From Gammaproteobacteria bacterium (GTDB taxonomy: Bacteria; Pseudomonadota; Gammaproteobacteria; GCA-002705445; GCA-002716945), in assembly GCA_016779485.1 (NCBI GenBank), contig JADHNN010000001.1, forward strand, positions 2,681-66,680: 64,000 bases of DNA, given 5' to 3'. Positions 34,260 through 46,087 of this stretch are shown here, in pieces (position 1 is the first letter of the stretch; the number at the start of each line of letters is the position of its first letter). A program made the position numbers and the translations under genes. Below the pieces are notes generated by a model. That model worked only from the letters and a program-made list of their open reading frames with translations, was not told where the DNA came from and did no database searches.

Positions 34260-36014
34260 ATGATATCGATATTAAAAAAAATAAACTTAATCATACTTTT
34301 AATTACAATCCCATTGATAGGAACAAATCATGTTTTTGCTGAGTTGCCGAAAAGTGAATCAGAATTTCTCTCACCAGACGATGCATTTAAATTTGACTAT
34401 CAGGTAGTTGAAGAAAACCAGATAAAAATTAATTGGAAAATTCAGCCAGGATACTATTTATACATGGGAATGTTTGAATTCAAATCACTTGATAAATCAA
34501 ACAACATTATCAAAGTAGAAATGCCAGAGGGTAAAAAAAAGAAAGATGAATTTTTTGGTGACGTGGATGTCTACTACTACTCTACAGAAGCTGATATATT
34601 TTTTGAAGGAAGTATAGATGATACTCATAAAATCAAAATTAAGTATCAAGGGTGCGCGGATGCGGGATTATGCTACCCTCCAGTATTTAAAACAATATCT
34701 CTAAAAAAAAAGTCTTCAGTAAGTAGTCTTAAAAAGACATCTTTGTTTGAGAGTCAAAATGCCATGAGTGATTCATTACTCTCAAATTCCTTATTTTATA
34801 ATACGCTGATTTTCTATCTTGCTGGGTTATTGCTAGCTTTTACGCCATGCGTGTTACCAATGGTGCCAATACTTACTGGAATTATTGCTGGGCAAGGGAA
34901 TGTCTCACAAAGAAGATCTGTAACTTTGTCCTTAATTTATGTATTAAGTATGTCTGTAACTTACTCAGCTGCAGGAATTATTGTTGCTCTTTCTGGCACT
35001 AATGTTCAAGCAAGTCTTCAAAACCCATATGTATTAGGTTCAATATCATTTTTGTTTCTTTTATTTGCTTTAGCAATGTTTAAATTCTTCAATCTACAAA
35101 TGCCTAAATCTATTCAAACATTATTCACCAAATTGAGTAATAAACAAAAATCAGGTACTTCGAGAGATGTAGCAGTTATGGGAATCCTTTCCGCTTTAAT
35201 CGTAGGTCCTTGTGTCACTGCGCCTCTAATCGGGGCATTAATTTATATTGCAAGTACAGGTGATGTTCTCGTTGGAGGTCTAGCTCTTTTTGCATTAGGA
35301 ATTGGTATGGGTACTCCTCTAATTATACTGGGATCTACTACCACTAAACTAATTTCTAAAATAGGGAGATACTTAGAGCTTGTGAATTACTTTTTCGGTA
35401 TTTTATTTTTAATATTATCTATTTGGTTACTGGAAAGAATATTATCAATAGAATCAGCTGCTTACTTATGGTCAGCATTATCAATAATAATGATAATCAT
35501 TTTAATGAAGTCATTGAAAATTATTAGCAATAATATTTCAAAAATTTTTGCCTATACTGGCTCATTATTTCTTTTAATATATTCTGTTTTGCAGATTTAT
35601 GGTATTCAAAATAATACATATTATGAACCTAAGACGAGCTTTATTGAAAAAGAAAGATATGTAGAATTCATCACAGTTGAAACTACTCAAGAACTAGAGA
35701 AAGAAATAAAAAATTCACAAAAGCCAGTAATGGTGGATTTATATGCAGATTGGTGTGTTGCCTGTAAAGAATTAGAAAAATATACTTTTAGTACTCCTGA
35801 GGTAAGCGTTATTCTCAATAAATTAAAACTTATAAAATTTGATATAACTAATACTAATGAAAATCATTCGGTATATTTACAGTCTATGCGCATATTTGGT
35901 CCACCTGCTCTGTTCTTTTATGATAAAAATGGTAACGAAATTGAAAGCGCCAGGGTTGTTGGTTTTATAGAGAGCGATGATTTCCTAAAAATATTAAATA
36001 TTGTAAAAAAGTAA
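34260..36014 (+). CDS. dsbD: Thiol:disulfide interchange protein DsbD
   Basis: It has a signal peptide, a central TM domain with the CVLPMVP motif, and a C-terminal thioredoxin domain with WCVACK. Confidence 0.9.
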   Translation: MISILKKINLIILLITIPLIGTNHVFAELPKSESEFLSPDDAFKFDYQVVEENQIKINWKIQPGYYLYMGMFEFKSLDKSNNIIKVEMPEGKKKKDEFFGDVDVYYYSTEADIFFEGSIDDTHKIKIKYQGCADAGLCYPPVFKTISLKKKSSVSSLKKTSLFESQNAMSDSLLSNSLFYNTLIFYLAGLLLAFTPCVLPMVPILTGIIAGQGNVSQRRSVTLSLIYVLSMSVTYSAAGIIVALSGTNVQASLQNPYVLGSISFLFLLFALAMFKFFNLQMPKSIQTLFTKLSNKQKSGTSRDVAVMGILSALIVGPCVTAPLIGALIYIASTGDVLVGGLALFALGIGMGTPLIILGSTTTKLISKIGRYLELVNYFFGILFLILSIWLLERILSIESAAYLWSALSIIMIIILMKSLKIISNNISKIFAYTGSLFLLIYSVLQIYGIQNNTYYEPKTSFIEKERYVEFITVETTQELEKEIKNSQKPVMVDLYADWCVACKELEKYTFSTPEVSVILNKLKLIKFDITNTNENHSVYLQSMRIFGPPALFFYDKNGNEIESARVVGFIESDDFLKILNIVKK

Positions 36015-36079
36015 AATAAATCTTCTATTTTCTTTTAACTTCAGATAAAATCACCTAAAATTATTTAAAAACATATAAA

Positions 36080-36511
36080 ATGAAAATATTAGTACTTAAT
36101 GGCCCTAATTTAAACCTTCTTGGCACTAGAGAGCCAGAAATATATGGTACAGAAACACTCCATGATATTGAAGATAAATTAACAACAAAGGCCTCAGAAA
36201 GCGCTGTAGATATTGATTTTTTTCAATCTAACTCAGAAGATGGATTAATAGATCGATTGCATCAAGCCAAAAAAGATTCGGTTGATTATGTAATCATTAA
36301 CCCTGGCGCATTCACTCATACAAGCGTTGCATTGAGAGATGCGTTTCTTGGCACTAATATACCCTTCATAGAAGTACATATTTCAAATATTTATAGTAGA
36401 GAAGATTTTAGAAAAAAATCTTTTTTGTCAGATATAAGCACAGGTCTTATTACAGGGTTAGGAACTGCTGGATATGAATTCGCATTGTCATCAATTACAC
36501 GAAGAGGTTAA
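36080..36511 (+). CDS. aroQ: 3-dehydroquinate dehydratase, type II
   Basis: [23 protein letters not shown] is present. The aroQ-accB-accC order is conserved. Confidence 0.92.
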   Translation: MKILVLNGPNLNLLGTREPEIYGTETLHDIEDKLTTKASESAVDIDFFQSNSEDGLIDRLHQAKKDSVDYVIINPGAFTHTSVALRDAFLGTNIPFIEVHISNIYSREDFRKKSFLSDISTGLITGLGTAGYEFALSSITRRG

Positions 36512-36513
36512 AT

Positions 36514-36975
36514 ATGGATCTAAGAAAAATTAAAAAATTAATGGAACTTTTAGAAGAAAGCGGAATTGCTGAAATTGAAGTTAAAGAAGGTGAGGAGTCG
36601 ATTAAGCTATCTAGAAATACCTCTAGTCTAGCTACTCCGGTTCAACAAGTTATGCAGCAACCAGTTTTTGCACCACAGCAACAATCAACAGAAGCTGTTG
36701 ATAGTGCTTCAACAATAAAAGAAACTAAGGTAAGTGAAAATAAAAATACTGTTAATTCTCCAATGGTTGGAACATTCTATGCATCGGCATCTCCTGAATC
36801 AAAACCATTTGTAACAGTTGGACAAACTGTTAAAAAGGGTGACACTTTATGTATATTAGAAGCAATGAAAATGATGAATCAAGTCCAAGCAGAAACAGAT
36901 GGTAAGATATTAGAAATATTAGTTGATAATGCTGAACCGGTAGAATTTGATCAACCTTTATTCGTAATAGAATGA
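36514..36975 (+). CDS. accB: Biotin carboxyl carrier protein of acetyl-CoA carboxylase
   Basis: The biotinyl-lysine motif EAMKMMNQ and a Pro/Gln-rich linker are present. Confidence 0.92.
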   Translation: MDLRKIKKLMELLEESGIAEIEVKEGEESIKLSRNTSSLATPVQQVMQQPVFAPQQQSTEAVDSASTIKETKVSENKNTVNSPMVGTFYASASPESKPFVTVGQTVKKGDTLCILEAMKMMNQVQAETDGKILEILVDNAEPVEFDQPLFVIE

Positions 36976-38318
36976 TTAAGAAAGTATTGATTGCTAATAG
37001 AGGTGAAATTGCTCTTCGAGTTTTAAGAGCATGCAAAAAACTTGATATCAAAACCGTTGCTGTTCATTCCACAGCTGATAGACAATTAGCTCATGTCAAA
37101 CTTGCAGATGAATCTGTTTGTATAGGCGGGCCAAACCCAAAAGAAAGTTATCTCAACATGCCATCAATAATAAGTGCAGCAGAACTCACAAATTCTGATG
37201 CAATTCATCCTGGCTATGGTTTTTTATCTGAATCTGAAATGTTTGCAGAAATTATTGAAACAAATAAATTTAAGTTCATTGGACCATCAAGCAAAGTTTT
37301 AAATAAGATGGGCGATAAAATTAAAGCAAAAAATGCAATGAAAGATTTTGGGGTACCATGTATTCCGGGTTTTGATGGTGTGCTTCCAGAACAGCCCGAT
37401 AAAGCTATGTTAAGAAAGGTTAATGAGATAGGTTATCCAATAATGCTAAAAGCTATTCATGGTGGTGGTGGAAGAGGAATGATGGTTGTTGAAGAGGAAT
37501 CTCAATTAGCTAATAGTATGAATATTGTAAGAACTGAAGCCAAAAATGCATTTGGTAATGGTGACTTATATTTTGAAAAATATTTTGATAACCCAAGACA
37601 TATTGAAATACAAATAATGAGTGATGAACATGGTAATGCTGTTCATTTTGGCGAAAGGGATTGCTCGATGCAAAGAAGAAATCAAAAGATTATCGAAGAA
37701 ACTCAAGCATGCGGAATATCACGTGAAGAAATCAATAAAATAGGTGCTGTATGCTCAGAAGCTTGCGTTAAACTTGGATATACAGGTGCGGGTACATTTG
37801 AATTTTTATATCAAGATGGCCATTTTAGCTTTATCGAAATGAACACAAGAATTCAAGTTGAACATCCTGTAACAGAACTTGTAACTAATACTGATTTAAT
37901 TGCTGAGCAGATTAGAGTTGCTTCTGGTGAAAAACTTAGCATGAAGCAAAGCGATATAACTCTTACTGGACATGCCATTGAATGCCGAATAAATGCCGAA
38001 GATCCTAATACCTTCTTACCATCTCCAGGAAAAATTGAAGCATTCCATGCTCCTGGTGGGCCAGGTGTAAGAATTGATACTCATGTCTACAGCGGCTACT
38101 CTGTTCCGCCCTACTATGATTCACTATTAGCAAAATTAATTACTTATGATAAAACAAGAGAATTAGCTATAGAAAAAATGTATCAAGCTCTCAGTGAAAC
38201 AGTAGTTCAGGGAGTTAAAACAAACATCGATTTACACAAGAAGCTACTTAGAACTGATTTCTTCGCGTCAGGTAAATATTCTATTAATACACTTACTAAG
38301 TATATTAAAAATAAGTAG
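36972..38318 (+). CDS. accC: Biotin carboxylase
   Basis: [17 protein letters not shown]... is present. It is an ATP-grasp enzyme. Confidence 0.97.
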   Translation: MIKKVLIANRGEIALRVLRACKKLDIKTVAVHSTADRQLAHVKLADESVCIGGPNPKESYLNMPSIISAAELTNSDAIHPGYGFLSESEMFAEIIETNKFKFIGPSSKVLNKMGDKIKAKNAMKDFGVPCIPGFDGVLPEQPDKAMLRKVNEIGYPIMLKAIHGGGGRGMMVVEEESQLANSMNIVRTEAKNAFGNGDLYFEKYFDNPRHIEIQIMSDEHGNAVHFGERDCSMQRRNQKIIEETQACGISREEINKIGAVCSEACVKLGYTGAGTFEFLYQDGHFSFIEMNTRIQVEHPVTELVTNTDLIAEQIRVASGEKLSMKQSDITLTGHAIECRINAEDPNTFLPSPGKIEAFHAPGGPGVRIDTHVYSGYSVPPYYDSLLAKLITYDKTRELAIEKMYQALSETVVQGVKTNIDLHKKLLRTDFFASGKYSINTLTKYIKNK

Positions 38319-38398
38319 TTTTTAACCATTTAACCTTTATCAAATCCCTCTTTGATTGTAAGATATTCCTCTCGGGGTATCGTTTATTTAAATATAAT

Positions 38399-38662
38399 AT
38401 GAAAAAGAAAAGAATCGCAAAAAATCTGTCTAATAGTAGCCTCAGTAGTGTTGTAAAAAAAGAAGCTAAATTGTTTATCAAGAATATGAATGGTAATGGT
38501 AGCAGCTCTAACATGCATAGCCTTTTCCTAAATGATACAGAAAGAACTTTGATTGAGACTGTGCTTGATGCATGCAAAGGAAATGTAACGAAGTCAGCTG
38601 ATTTTTTAGGAATTAGTCGAGGTACATTAATTAAAAGGATTAAAGAGTACGATATAAAATAA
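38399..38662 (+). CDS. fis: Fis-family DNA-binding protein
   Basis: An 87-aa protein with a C-terminal HTH (GNVTKSADFLGISRGTLIKRIKEY) resembling Fis. It sits upstream of purH as in Pseudomonas, but with no dusB. Confidence 0.7.
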   Translation: MKKKRIAKNLSNSSLSSVVKKEAKLFIKNMNGNGSSSNMHSLFLNDTERTLIETVLDACKGNVTKSADFLGISRGTLIKRIKEYDIK

Positions 38663-38663
38663 A

Positions 38664-40211
38664 ATGAATAAAATAGCACTTATCAGCGTATCAGATAAAA
38701 CAGATATTGATCTTCTTGCTGCTGAACTGATTGATAATGGCTATACAATAATTTCAACAGGTGGAACAGCTAGCTATCTAAAAGATAAAGGCATTAAAAT
38801 AATTCCTATCTCTAAATTTACTCAGTTTGAAGAGATTCTTGGTGGTAGAGTAAAAACGCTTCATCCTGTAATTCATGCGGGTATTCTAGCAAAATCAAAA
38901 AAAGATCTGGATAATCTCAATAATAAGAAATATTCATTGATTGACATGGTTGTGGTCAATTTATATCCATTCGAAAAAGCCATATCGAAAAAAAATTGCT
39001 CTTTCAACAATGCTATTGAAAATATTGATATAGGAGGACCTACCCTACTGAGGGCGTCTGCAAAAAATCATCAAAGAGTAACCGTACTAACAGATCCATC
39101 AGATTATAATAACGTAATAGGTCAAATAAAAAAAAGTGGAAGAGTTAAATCTAGTACAAGATTAATGCTTGCTAAAAAAGTATTTTCTATTGTCTCAAAT
39201 TATGATTTGATGATTTCGAATTACTTAGATAAATTTAGTTCAAACAATGTTGACTTGCTTCAAAATAAAGTCTCAATTAGCGCTACAGAGCTATCTGAAC
39301 TAAGATATGGTGAAAATCCACATCAAAAAGCAAAATTATATGAAATAACAGCTCCACAGTTAGCAAAATTTGATTATGTGCAATTATCAGGTAAAGCCCT
39401 TTCATTTAATAATCTTGTTGATACTGAAAGTGCATTTTCTTGTGTTGAACAATTTAATTCACCGTCTTGTGTGATAGTGAAGCATGCTAATCCATGTGGC
39501 GTTGCAACATCTAAAACCTTAGAAGAGGCATATAAAAGTGCATATAAGACCGATCCAACTTCAGCATTTGGAGGGATCATAACTTTCAATAAAAAACTAG
39601 ATTCTAAGCTTGCTGATAAAATAATAAACAAACAATTTGTTGAAGTAATTGCTGCACCTGATTTTGATAAAAGTGTACTTGAAGTTATCAAAAAAAAGCC
39701 AAATATACGATTGTTAAAAATAAAACTTAAAAAAGATAAAAATATTATTTATGAAACAAAACTTTTGAGAGACAAGATTCTAATTCAAGAGAAAGATAAT
39801 AAGAATCTTTCAAAAAAAGAACTTACTGTTGTTACTAAAAAAAAGCCTACTGAAAAACAACTTCAAGATATGATTTTTGCCTTTAAAGTATCTCGATATG
39901 TAAAATCAAATTCAATCGTTATTGTAAAAAATAGTAAAACTCTTGCAATTGGAGCAGGACAAATGAGTAGGATTGATTCTACAAATATTGCTTACAATAA
40001 ATCTAAAAAAGAGAATATATCGCTTAAAGGTGCTGTATTAGCATCAGAAGCATTCTTTCCGTTTAGAGATAATGTAGACTTGGCAAAAAAGATCGGAATT
40101 TCTGCAATCATACAACCTGGTGGCTCGATTAATGATGAAAAAATAATTGAAGTTGCAAATAAACATAAACTATCTATGTGTTTCTCTCACATCAGAGTTT
40201 TTAAACATTAG
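38664..40211 (+). CDS. purH: Bifunctional AICAR transformylase / IMP cyclohydrolase
   Basis: The MGS-like N-domain ALISVSDKT and the AICARFT C-domain are present. Confidence 0.95.
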   Translation: MNKIALISVSDKTDIDLLAAELIDNGYTIISTGGTASYLKDKGIKIIPISKFTQFEEILGGRVKTLHPVIHAGILAKSKKDLDNLNNKKYSLIDMVVVNLYPFEKAISKKNCSFNNAIENIDIGGPTLLRASAKNHQRVTVLTDPSDYNNVIGQIKKSGRVKSSTRLMLAKKVFSIVSNYDLMISNYLDKFSSNNVDLLQNKVSISATELSELRYGENPHQKAKLYEITAPQLAKFDYVQLSGKALSFNNLVDTESAFSCVEQFNSPSCVIVKHANPCGVATSKTLEEAYKSAYKTDPTSAFGGIITFNKKLDSKLADKIINKQFVEVIAAPDFDKSVLEVIKKKPNIRLLKIKLKKDKNIIYETKLLRDKILIQEKDNKNLSKKELTVVTKKKPTEKQLQDMIFAFKVSRYVKSNSIVIVKNSKTLAIGAGQMSRIDSTNIAYNKSKKENISLKGAVLASEAFFPFRDNVDLAKKIGISAIIQPGGSINDEKIIEVANKHKLSMCFSHIRVFKH

Positions 40212-40212
40212 T

Positions 40213-41556
40213 ATGGGTTTAAAAATTCTTATTATTGGTTCAGGCGGCAGGGAACATGCACTATCTTGGCTAATATCAAAATCACATAGAGATGTTGAAA
40301 AAATTTATGTCATGCCGGGAAATGCAGGTACATTGTCAGAGAAAAATGTTTTTAACATAGAATGTAATATTAATAATCATCAATCAGTATTGGACTTTGC
40401 TTTAAGCAATAAAATTGATTTAACTATTGTTGGACCAGAAGTGCCATTGGTGGAAGGTATAAGCGACTTATTTGAAAAAAATTATCTTAATATATTTGGG
40501 CCTAAAAAATATTTTTCTCAACTTGAAGGATCAAAAGTATTCTCTAAAAATTTTATGAACAGCAATAATTTACCTACTGCAGAATATAATGAATTTGATA
40601 ATTCTGAAAAAGCAAAAGCATATTTAGATAAAAAGAAGATGCCAATTGTTATAAAATATGATGGTCTAGCTTCTGGTAAAGGTGTTGATATATGTGAAAC
40701 ACTTGTTGATGCTAAAAAATCTGTAGATAACCTTTTAAAGCCTAATGAGAAAATTATTATAGAAGAATTCTTAAAAGGTATAGAGCTTTCTGCTATATAC
40801 GTCTGCAACCCAAATGCATATAAACAAACTATAGGGCTAACCTGGATAAAAGACTATAAATCTCGTGATGAATTTAATTCAGGACCTAATACAGGTGGTA
40901 TGGGCGCAATCACACATCCATTTTGTAGTTATAAAAAAAATGATGTTTATTCTCTGAATGTAGAAATAGAAAAAATTATCATTAAAACCTTAGTAGCAAT
41001 CAATAATAGTTCTGGAACTACAAGTAAGTATAATGGTTTTATGTACTTAGGTTTGATGATATCTGCAATGAATGATAAACCTTATCTCCTTGAATATAAT
41101 TGCAGGATGGGTGATCCAGAAACACAAAATATTGCACTATATCTTGAGAAAAATAATGTTGATTTTCTAGATCTTATTGGATTTGATAATGAAAAATACC
41201 CTGATAATTTTAATTTATCTTTTATTGATGATAATAACTATTCAGGTTTTTGTTGCACGATTGTTTTAGCAGCGAAAGGTTATCCTGATTCTCCAGTGAA
41301 AGATTTTTATCTTGATTTATCAAATATAGAAGATAATGATTCTGTCAAAATATTTCATGCCGGCACGAAAGTTAGTAAAGGCGCTATCAAAGTTACAGGC
41401 GGTAGAATTTTAACGGTCAATGCATTTGATAATGATAAACAAAACGCAATTGATCTTGCTTATGAAAATATTTATAAGATAAAAGCTTATAATGATTCTG
41501 ATCTCAAGAATGAAAATAATGAATTAATTTTTTTCAGAACTGACATTGGTTCATAA
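40213..41556 (+). CDS. purD: Phosphoribosylamine--glycine ligase
   Basis: The start is taken at MGLKILIIGSGGREHAL at 40213, one nt after the purH stop. The ORF-track start at 40147 is an upstream extension. Confidence 0.92.
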   Translation: MGLKILIIGSGGREHALSWLISKSHRDVEKIYVMPGNAGTLSEKNVFNIECNINNHQSVLDFALSNKIDLTIVGPEVPLVEGISDLFEKNYLNIFGPKKYFSQLEGSKVFSKNFMNSNNLPTAEYNEFDNSEKAKAYLDKKKMPIVIKYDGLASGKGVDICETLVDAKKSVDNLLKPNEKIIIEEFLKGIELSAIYVCNPNAYKQTIGLTWIKDYKSRDEFNSGPNTGGMGAITHPFCSYKKNDVYSLNVEIEKIIIKTLVAINNSSGTTSKYNGFMYLGLMISAMNDKPYLLEYNCRMGDPETQNIALYLEKNNVDFLDLIGFDNEKYPDNFNLSFIDDNNYSGFCCTIVLAAKGYPDSPVKDFYLDLSNIEDNDSVKIFHAGTKVSKGAIKVTGGRILTVNAFDNDKQNAIDLAYENIYKIKAYNDSDLKNENNELIFFRTDIGS

Positions 41557-42375
41557 TTCTTCTCTCTGACACAGATTACAAAAAAATGATGATCTACCTG
41601 AAATTTTTATATTCTTCACTGTATTATTTTTATGAATAGGACATGTTTTCTTTTGATATATATTTAGCTTCTGAGTGAAATATCCAGGCTTGCCATCTGC
41701 ATTAACATAATCTTTTATCGTTGTTCCGCCCATATCAATTGCTTGAACTAAAACATCTTTTATATTTGATACTAGTGATTTCGCCTTGGACAGAGTTAGG
41801 TATTTAGCTTTCATTTTAGGGTGAATCTTAGATAAAAATAATGCTTCTGTTGCATAGATATTTCCAATGCCAACAACTATCTTTTGATTCATTATAAATT
41901 CTTTAATACTACATAACCTGTTTTTTGATAGTTGTAAGAGATAATTTTCATCAAATTTTTTTGATAAAGGCTCAACTCCTAAATTTTTTATAAGAAACAT
42001 ATTTGAAATATCTTTAGTAATATGTATTGAGCCAAATTTTCTTATGTCATTAAACACAAAAATAAAATCATTAAAGAATAATAAAAAATGATCGTGCTTG
42101 TGTCTCTTATATACATGATTATTTGCAAATGAAATGACTCCAGTCATACCTAGATGAATTATTAATATTACTTTATCAAGTTCAAATTCTATAAGAATAT
42201 ATTTACCTCTTCTCTTAACGCTCTTGATAGTTCTATTTTCAAGCACTTTAAATTTTCTAGTCTCAATAGGCCATCTAAGCTTACTGTTCAAAACCTTACA
42301 TTTTATAACTTTTTTATTGGTTAGCCTTCTCTTAACAAGGCTCATAATAGTTTCAACTTCTGGTAATTCAGGCAT
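41551..42375 (-). CDS. mutM: Formamidopyrimidine-DNA glycosylase
   Basis: The N-terminus MPELPEVE and a C-terminal zinc finger CxxC...CxxC are present. Confidence 0.9.
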   Translation of the reverse strand: MPELPEVETIMSLVKRRLTNKKVIKCKVLNSKLRWPIETRKFKVLENRTIKSVKRRGKYILIEFELDKVILIIHLGMTGVISFANNHVYKRHKHDHFLLFFNDFIFVFNDIRKFGSIHITKDISNMFLIKNLGVEPLSKKFDENYLLQLSKNRLCSIKEFIMNQKIVVGIGNIYATEALFLSKIHPKMKAKYLTLSKAKSLVSNIKDVLVQAIDMGGTTIKDYVNADGKPGYFTQKLNIYQKKTCPIHKNNTVKNIKISGRSSFFCNLCQREEL

Positions 42376-42430
42376 AATAATTGGACAAAATTTAAATTCT
42401 TGTTAAGATGATAACCTACTGGAAACGAAT

Positions 42431-43582
42431 ATGCTCGAAACATTAATACACGGACTTATACCGCTCAATTTTATAGAATATGCAATCTATACTTTAGTCG
42501 TAACACACATCACAATTGTAGCAATAACTCTCTATCTTCACAGAGGAGTATGCCACTCAGCTATAGATATACATCCTATACTTTCACACTTCTTTAGATT
42601 TTGGTTATGGTTAACCACTTCTATGAGAACAGCTGATTGGGTAGCTATACATAGAAAACATCATGCTAAGGTTGAAACAAGTGATGATCCACATAGTCCA
42701 GCTGTTTACGGAATCAACAAAGTAATATTACAAGGGGCTGATCTTTACCATAAGGAAAAGAACAACAAAGAGACAATAGAAAAATATTCTCAGAACTGTC
42801 CGCAAGATTGGATAGAAGAACGTGTATATACTGGAAGAAATAACCTTGGGATATTATTACTTTTCATATTAAACATTATTTTATTTGGAACTGTAGGAAT
42901 AATAATTTGGTCCATTCAAATGATGTGGACACCTATTTTTGCTGCAGGTGGAATTAATGGTGCCGGGCATTATTGGGGATATAGAAACTACAATACCAAT
43001 GATGACTCTACAAACATGTCTCCTGTAGGTATTATCATAGGAGGAGAAGAACTCCACAACAATCATCACGCTTATCCAACAGCTGCAAAATTTTCTCTGA
43101 GACCTTGGGAATTTGATATAGGTTGGATGTATATTAAAATATTTGGTGCGATTGGCTTGTGTAAAGTAAAAAGGATTGCTCCAATGCCCATAATACAAAA
43201 AAATGAAAATACAGATTCAAAACTTATTGCACAATCCTTGCTGCAATCTAAACTAGCGGTGATTACAGATTATACTCAAAAAGTACTCAAACCAGCTTAT
43301 CAAAAAGAGAAATTTAAGCTTTCATTTAAACTTCTGGCAGATCACCCACAAAGACTAAGTGAACATCAAGAAAATAAAATAAATACATTACTTGAGAACA
43401 GCTCCACTTTAAATACTATTTATATATTAAAAAATAGGCTTCACGAAATATTGCATTCAAGACAAACAAAACATGAACAGTTTGTTGAAACTCTTAATAA
43501 TTGGTCAAATGAAGCTAAAGGACATGGAATAACAGCTTTGGATGATTTTTTAGTAAGACTTAGAAGTTATAAAGTTATTTAA
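42431..43582 (+). CDS. Membrane fatty-acid (acyl-CoA/acyl-lipid) desaturase
   Basis: His boxes HRKHH and HNNHH and an N-terminal TM pair are present. It has a roughly 150-aa hydrophilic C-terminal extension. Confidence 0.85.
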   Translation: MLETLIHGLIPLNFIEYAIYTLVVTHITIVAITLYLHRGVCHSAIDIHPILSHFFRFWLWLTTSMRTADWVAIHRKHHAKVETSDDPHSPAVYGINKVILQGADLYHKEKNNKETIEKYSQNCPQDWIEERVYTGRNNLGILLLFILNIILFGTVGIIIWSIQMMWTPIFAAGGINGAGHYWGYRNYNTNDDSTNMSPVGIIIGGEELHNNHHAYPTAAKFSLRPWEFDIGWMYIKIFGAIGLCKVKRIAPMPIIQKNENTDSKLIAQSLLQSKLAVITDYTQKVLKPAYQKEKFKLSFKLLADHPQRLSEHQENKINTLLENSSTLNTIYILKNRLHEILHSRQTKHEQFVETLNNWSNEAKGHGITALDDFLVRLRSYKVI

Positions 43583-43730
43583 TCTTCTTTTCTGTGTAAG
43601 TAACATATTTTCGAACAACAGGATCAAATTTTTTAATTTCCATCTTATCCGGCATAGTCTTTTTGTTCTTAGTAGTGGTATAGAAATGACCGGTACCAGC
43701 TGAAGAAACAAGTTTAATTTTCTCTCTCAT
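43578..43730 (-). CDS. rpmG: 50S ribosomal protein L33
   Basis: Not in the ORF track because it is under 60 aa. The translation is [51 protein letters not shown]. It overlaps the rpmB stop by 4 nt. Confidence 0.8.
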
Positions 43731-43954
43731 GATTTAAGTCCGTATTTAATCAAAGCTCTATCTAGGCCGAGTTTATTTACAATTCTCAAGCCTTTGCTCG
43801 ATAAAGTAAGCTTAATAAATTTATTTTGCTTTTCTGACCATAGCCTGTGAGAGTGTAAATTAGGCTCAAAAGTACGTCTAGTACGGTTTTTCGCATGAGA
43901 TACGTTATTCCCTACCATTACTCTCTTTTTAGTTATATCGCAAATTTTAGACAT
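43727..43954 (-). CDS. rpmB: 50S ribosomal protein L28
   Basis: [34 protein letters not shown] is present. The start is taken at the internal Met of the ORF-track ORF. Confidence 0.85.
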   Translation of the reverse strand: MSKICDITKKRVMVGNNVSHAKNRTRRTFEPNLHSHRLWSEKQNKFIKLTLSSKGLRIVNKLGLDRALIKYGLKS

Positions 43955-44030
43955 GATTTTGTAACTCAATAATGATATCAGAAACCTAATCAGATACAAT
44001 ACTGTTTATTGTCAAAAAAGAGAGAAAAAT

Positions 44031-44390
44031 ATGGATATTGTATTTATAAAAGAACTTTGTATTGAGACAGTCATTGGAATATACGACTGGGAACGTAAAA
44101 TTAAACAGTTTGTCTGTATAGACCTTGAGCTAGGCACCGATATAACTGATGCGTCAAGTAGTGACGTAATAAATGATACAGTGGATTATAAAGCTGTTTC
44201 AAAAGAACTGAAGTCATTCATAGGTGGTAGCGAATTTCAATTAATTGAAGCGCTTGCTGAAGAGTCAGTTAAATTAATATTCAAAAACTTTAATGTAACA
44301 TACATAAAAGGAAGATTTAGTAAGCCAGGAGCAGTAACTGGCTCTAAAGAAGTTGGAGTAATAATTGAGCGATATAGAAAAAAAGCATAA
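44031..44390 (+). CDS. folB: Dihydroneopterin aldolase
   Basis: MDIVFIKELCIETVIGIYDWER is present. Confidence 0.85.
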   Translation: MDIVFIKELCIETVIGIYDWERKIKQFVCIDLELGTDITDASSSDVINDTVDYKAVSKELKSFIGGSEFQLIEALAEESVKLIFKNFNVTYIKGRFSKPGAVTGSKEVGVIIERYRKKA

Positions 44391-44871
44391 AGTCTTCGTT
44401 GGCATAGGCAGTAATATCAATCAGATAGTACATATTCAAGCATGCATTACAGCGCTTTATAATAAATTTGAAAATTTAAAATTATCACCAACTTATGAAT
44501 CTTCCTCTATGGGTTTTGATGGACCGAACTTTTATAACTTAGTTGCTACATTTAGTACTAATCTAGATATTGGCAAACTTAAGGAAGCGCTTAATTCGAT
44601 AGAGAGAGATAACGGAAGATCATTGGGTGAAGTAAAATTTAGTTCAAGAACTCTTGATATAGATATACTGTATTATGATGACTTAGTTGACTTTGAAAGA
44701 AATATTCCGAGAAGTGAAATTGTCAAATTTGATTTTGTTTTAAGACCGCTCTATGATATCGCCCCGGCTCATATACATCCAGTAACAAATAAAACACATC
44801 ATAATATGATCAATGACACCTATTACGAGAAAATGATTATCAATGAGATAGTTATAAACTATACGCTGTGA
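44365..44871 (+). CDS. folK: 2-amino-4-hydroxy-6-hydroxymethyldihydropteridine pyrophosphokinase
   Basis: The HPPK N-terminus VFVGIGSNI... and the RTLDIDIL motif are present. It overlaps folB. Confidence 0.85.
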   Translation: MSDIEKKHKVFVGIGSNINQIVHIQACITALYNKFENLKLSPTYESSSMGFDGPNFYNLVATFSTNLDIGKLKEALNSIERDNGRSLGEVKFSSRTLDIDILYYDDLVDFERNIPRSEIVKFDFVLRPLYDIAPAHIHPVTNKTHHNMINDTYYEKMIINEIVINYTL

Positions 44872-45287
44872 ACATAAAATACTTGGTATCATATCTAGGT
44901 CTCTTGCCTTTCATATATTTAAACATCGACGCATATTATATCGACTTACTTGATATTAACTTCATACAAAACTTAGCGATACTGATGTCTTGTATTATTT
45001 TTACATTTATTGGTGCATATAATTGGGATTTTAGAGTGGAATTCAACTTACTTGAATTTTATGGTTTCGTGCCTAGTCTATTATCTATGATTACCCTAAC
45101 AATGAACATCTTAGATGTTAGCAAGTACTATTTAATCAGCGCTATGATATTATTTTTGTTAACTCAATTATTAATTGATATATTTTTGTCACTCAGAGAT
45201 ATTTTTCCACTGAAATATCTAATCACGCTTAGAGTCCCTATTACACTTATTTTAAGTACTAATTTATTTCTTATTTCAAAACTTTGA
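44868..45287 (+). CDS. Hypothetical small membrane protein
   Basis: A 139-aa ORF with four predicted TM segments. Its start overlaps the folK stop. Confidence 0.4.
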   Translation: MNIKYLVSYLGLLPFIYLNIDAYYIDLLDINFIQNLAILMSCIIFTFIGAYNWDFRVEFNLLEFYGFVPSLLSMITLTMNILDVSKYYLISAMILFLLTQLLIDIFLSLRDIFPLKYLITLRVPITLILSTNLFLISKL

Positions 45288-45290
45288 CAT

Positions 45291-46022
45291 CTACATATTC
45301 AAACGTCTGCCACCATCAACATTAATATTCTGTCCAGTAATATAAGGGCTTTGCTCTAATAGAAAATAGATAGTCTTGGCGATATCTGTTGGGTTACCAG
45401 AGCATTTCATCGGAATTTTACTTAGGATATCTAGTTTCTTTTTTTTGCTGGATTCATTTTCAGGCCACATAATGGCTCCAGGCGAGACTCCATTCACTCT
45501 TATATATGGCGCTAAGTCTTTAGCAAGTGATCGTGTAAGAGCAAGTAAGCCTGCTTTACTAATATTATATATGACATGATCTTTTAGTGGTGGTTCGACG
45601 TGTATATCTATGATGTTAACAATAGATCCTTTTCTTTTTTTAAGTTCATTGAATAAATATTTAGATAAAAATAATGGGGTTTTAATATTTGTATTAATAG
45701 TGTCATTCCATACTTTATCAGTAACTTGATTTATTTTAGTAGGATAAAATCTTGAAGCGTTATTTATAAGATAATCTAATCGTCCAAACATCTTAAGAAT
45801 ATCATAAGACATTTTTTTATAATTTGCATTTTGATCGAATTTAGCTTTATAAATTTCACAAGATTGCTTTCTTTTCAGATTAAGGTTTTTTTTAAGTTCT
45901 TTTGCGGCAATAGACGATTTACTATAGGTAATTATGATATCAACGTTTTTTGAATGTAAGTAATTAGCAGTTTCAGCGCCAATTCTTCTCGCTCCACCAG
46001 TAATTATTGCAACTTTATTCAT
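45291..46022 (-). CDS. Short-chain dehydrogenase/reductase (possible pteridine reductase FolM-like)
   Basis: The TGGARRIG Rossmann motif and the YxxxK catalytic pair are present. Proximity to folBK suggests a pteridine substrate; this is inference. Confidence 0.65.
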   Translation of the reverse strand: MNKVAIITGGARRIGAETANYLHSKNVDIIITYSKSSIAAKELKKNLNLKRKQSCEIYKAKFDQNANYKKMSYDILKMFGRLDYLINNASRFYPTKINQVTDKVWNDTINTNIKTPLFLSKYLFNELKKRKGSIVNIIDIHVEPPLKDHVIYNISKAGLLALTRSLAKDLAPYIRVNGVSPGAIMWPENESSKKKKLDILSKIPMKCSGNPTDIAKTIYFLLEQSPYITGQNINVDGGRRLNM

Positions 46023-46087
46023 TAATATATAATGTCACAATCTAAAAATAATTTATACTTCTACAATAAATTAATAAATTTATACAT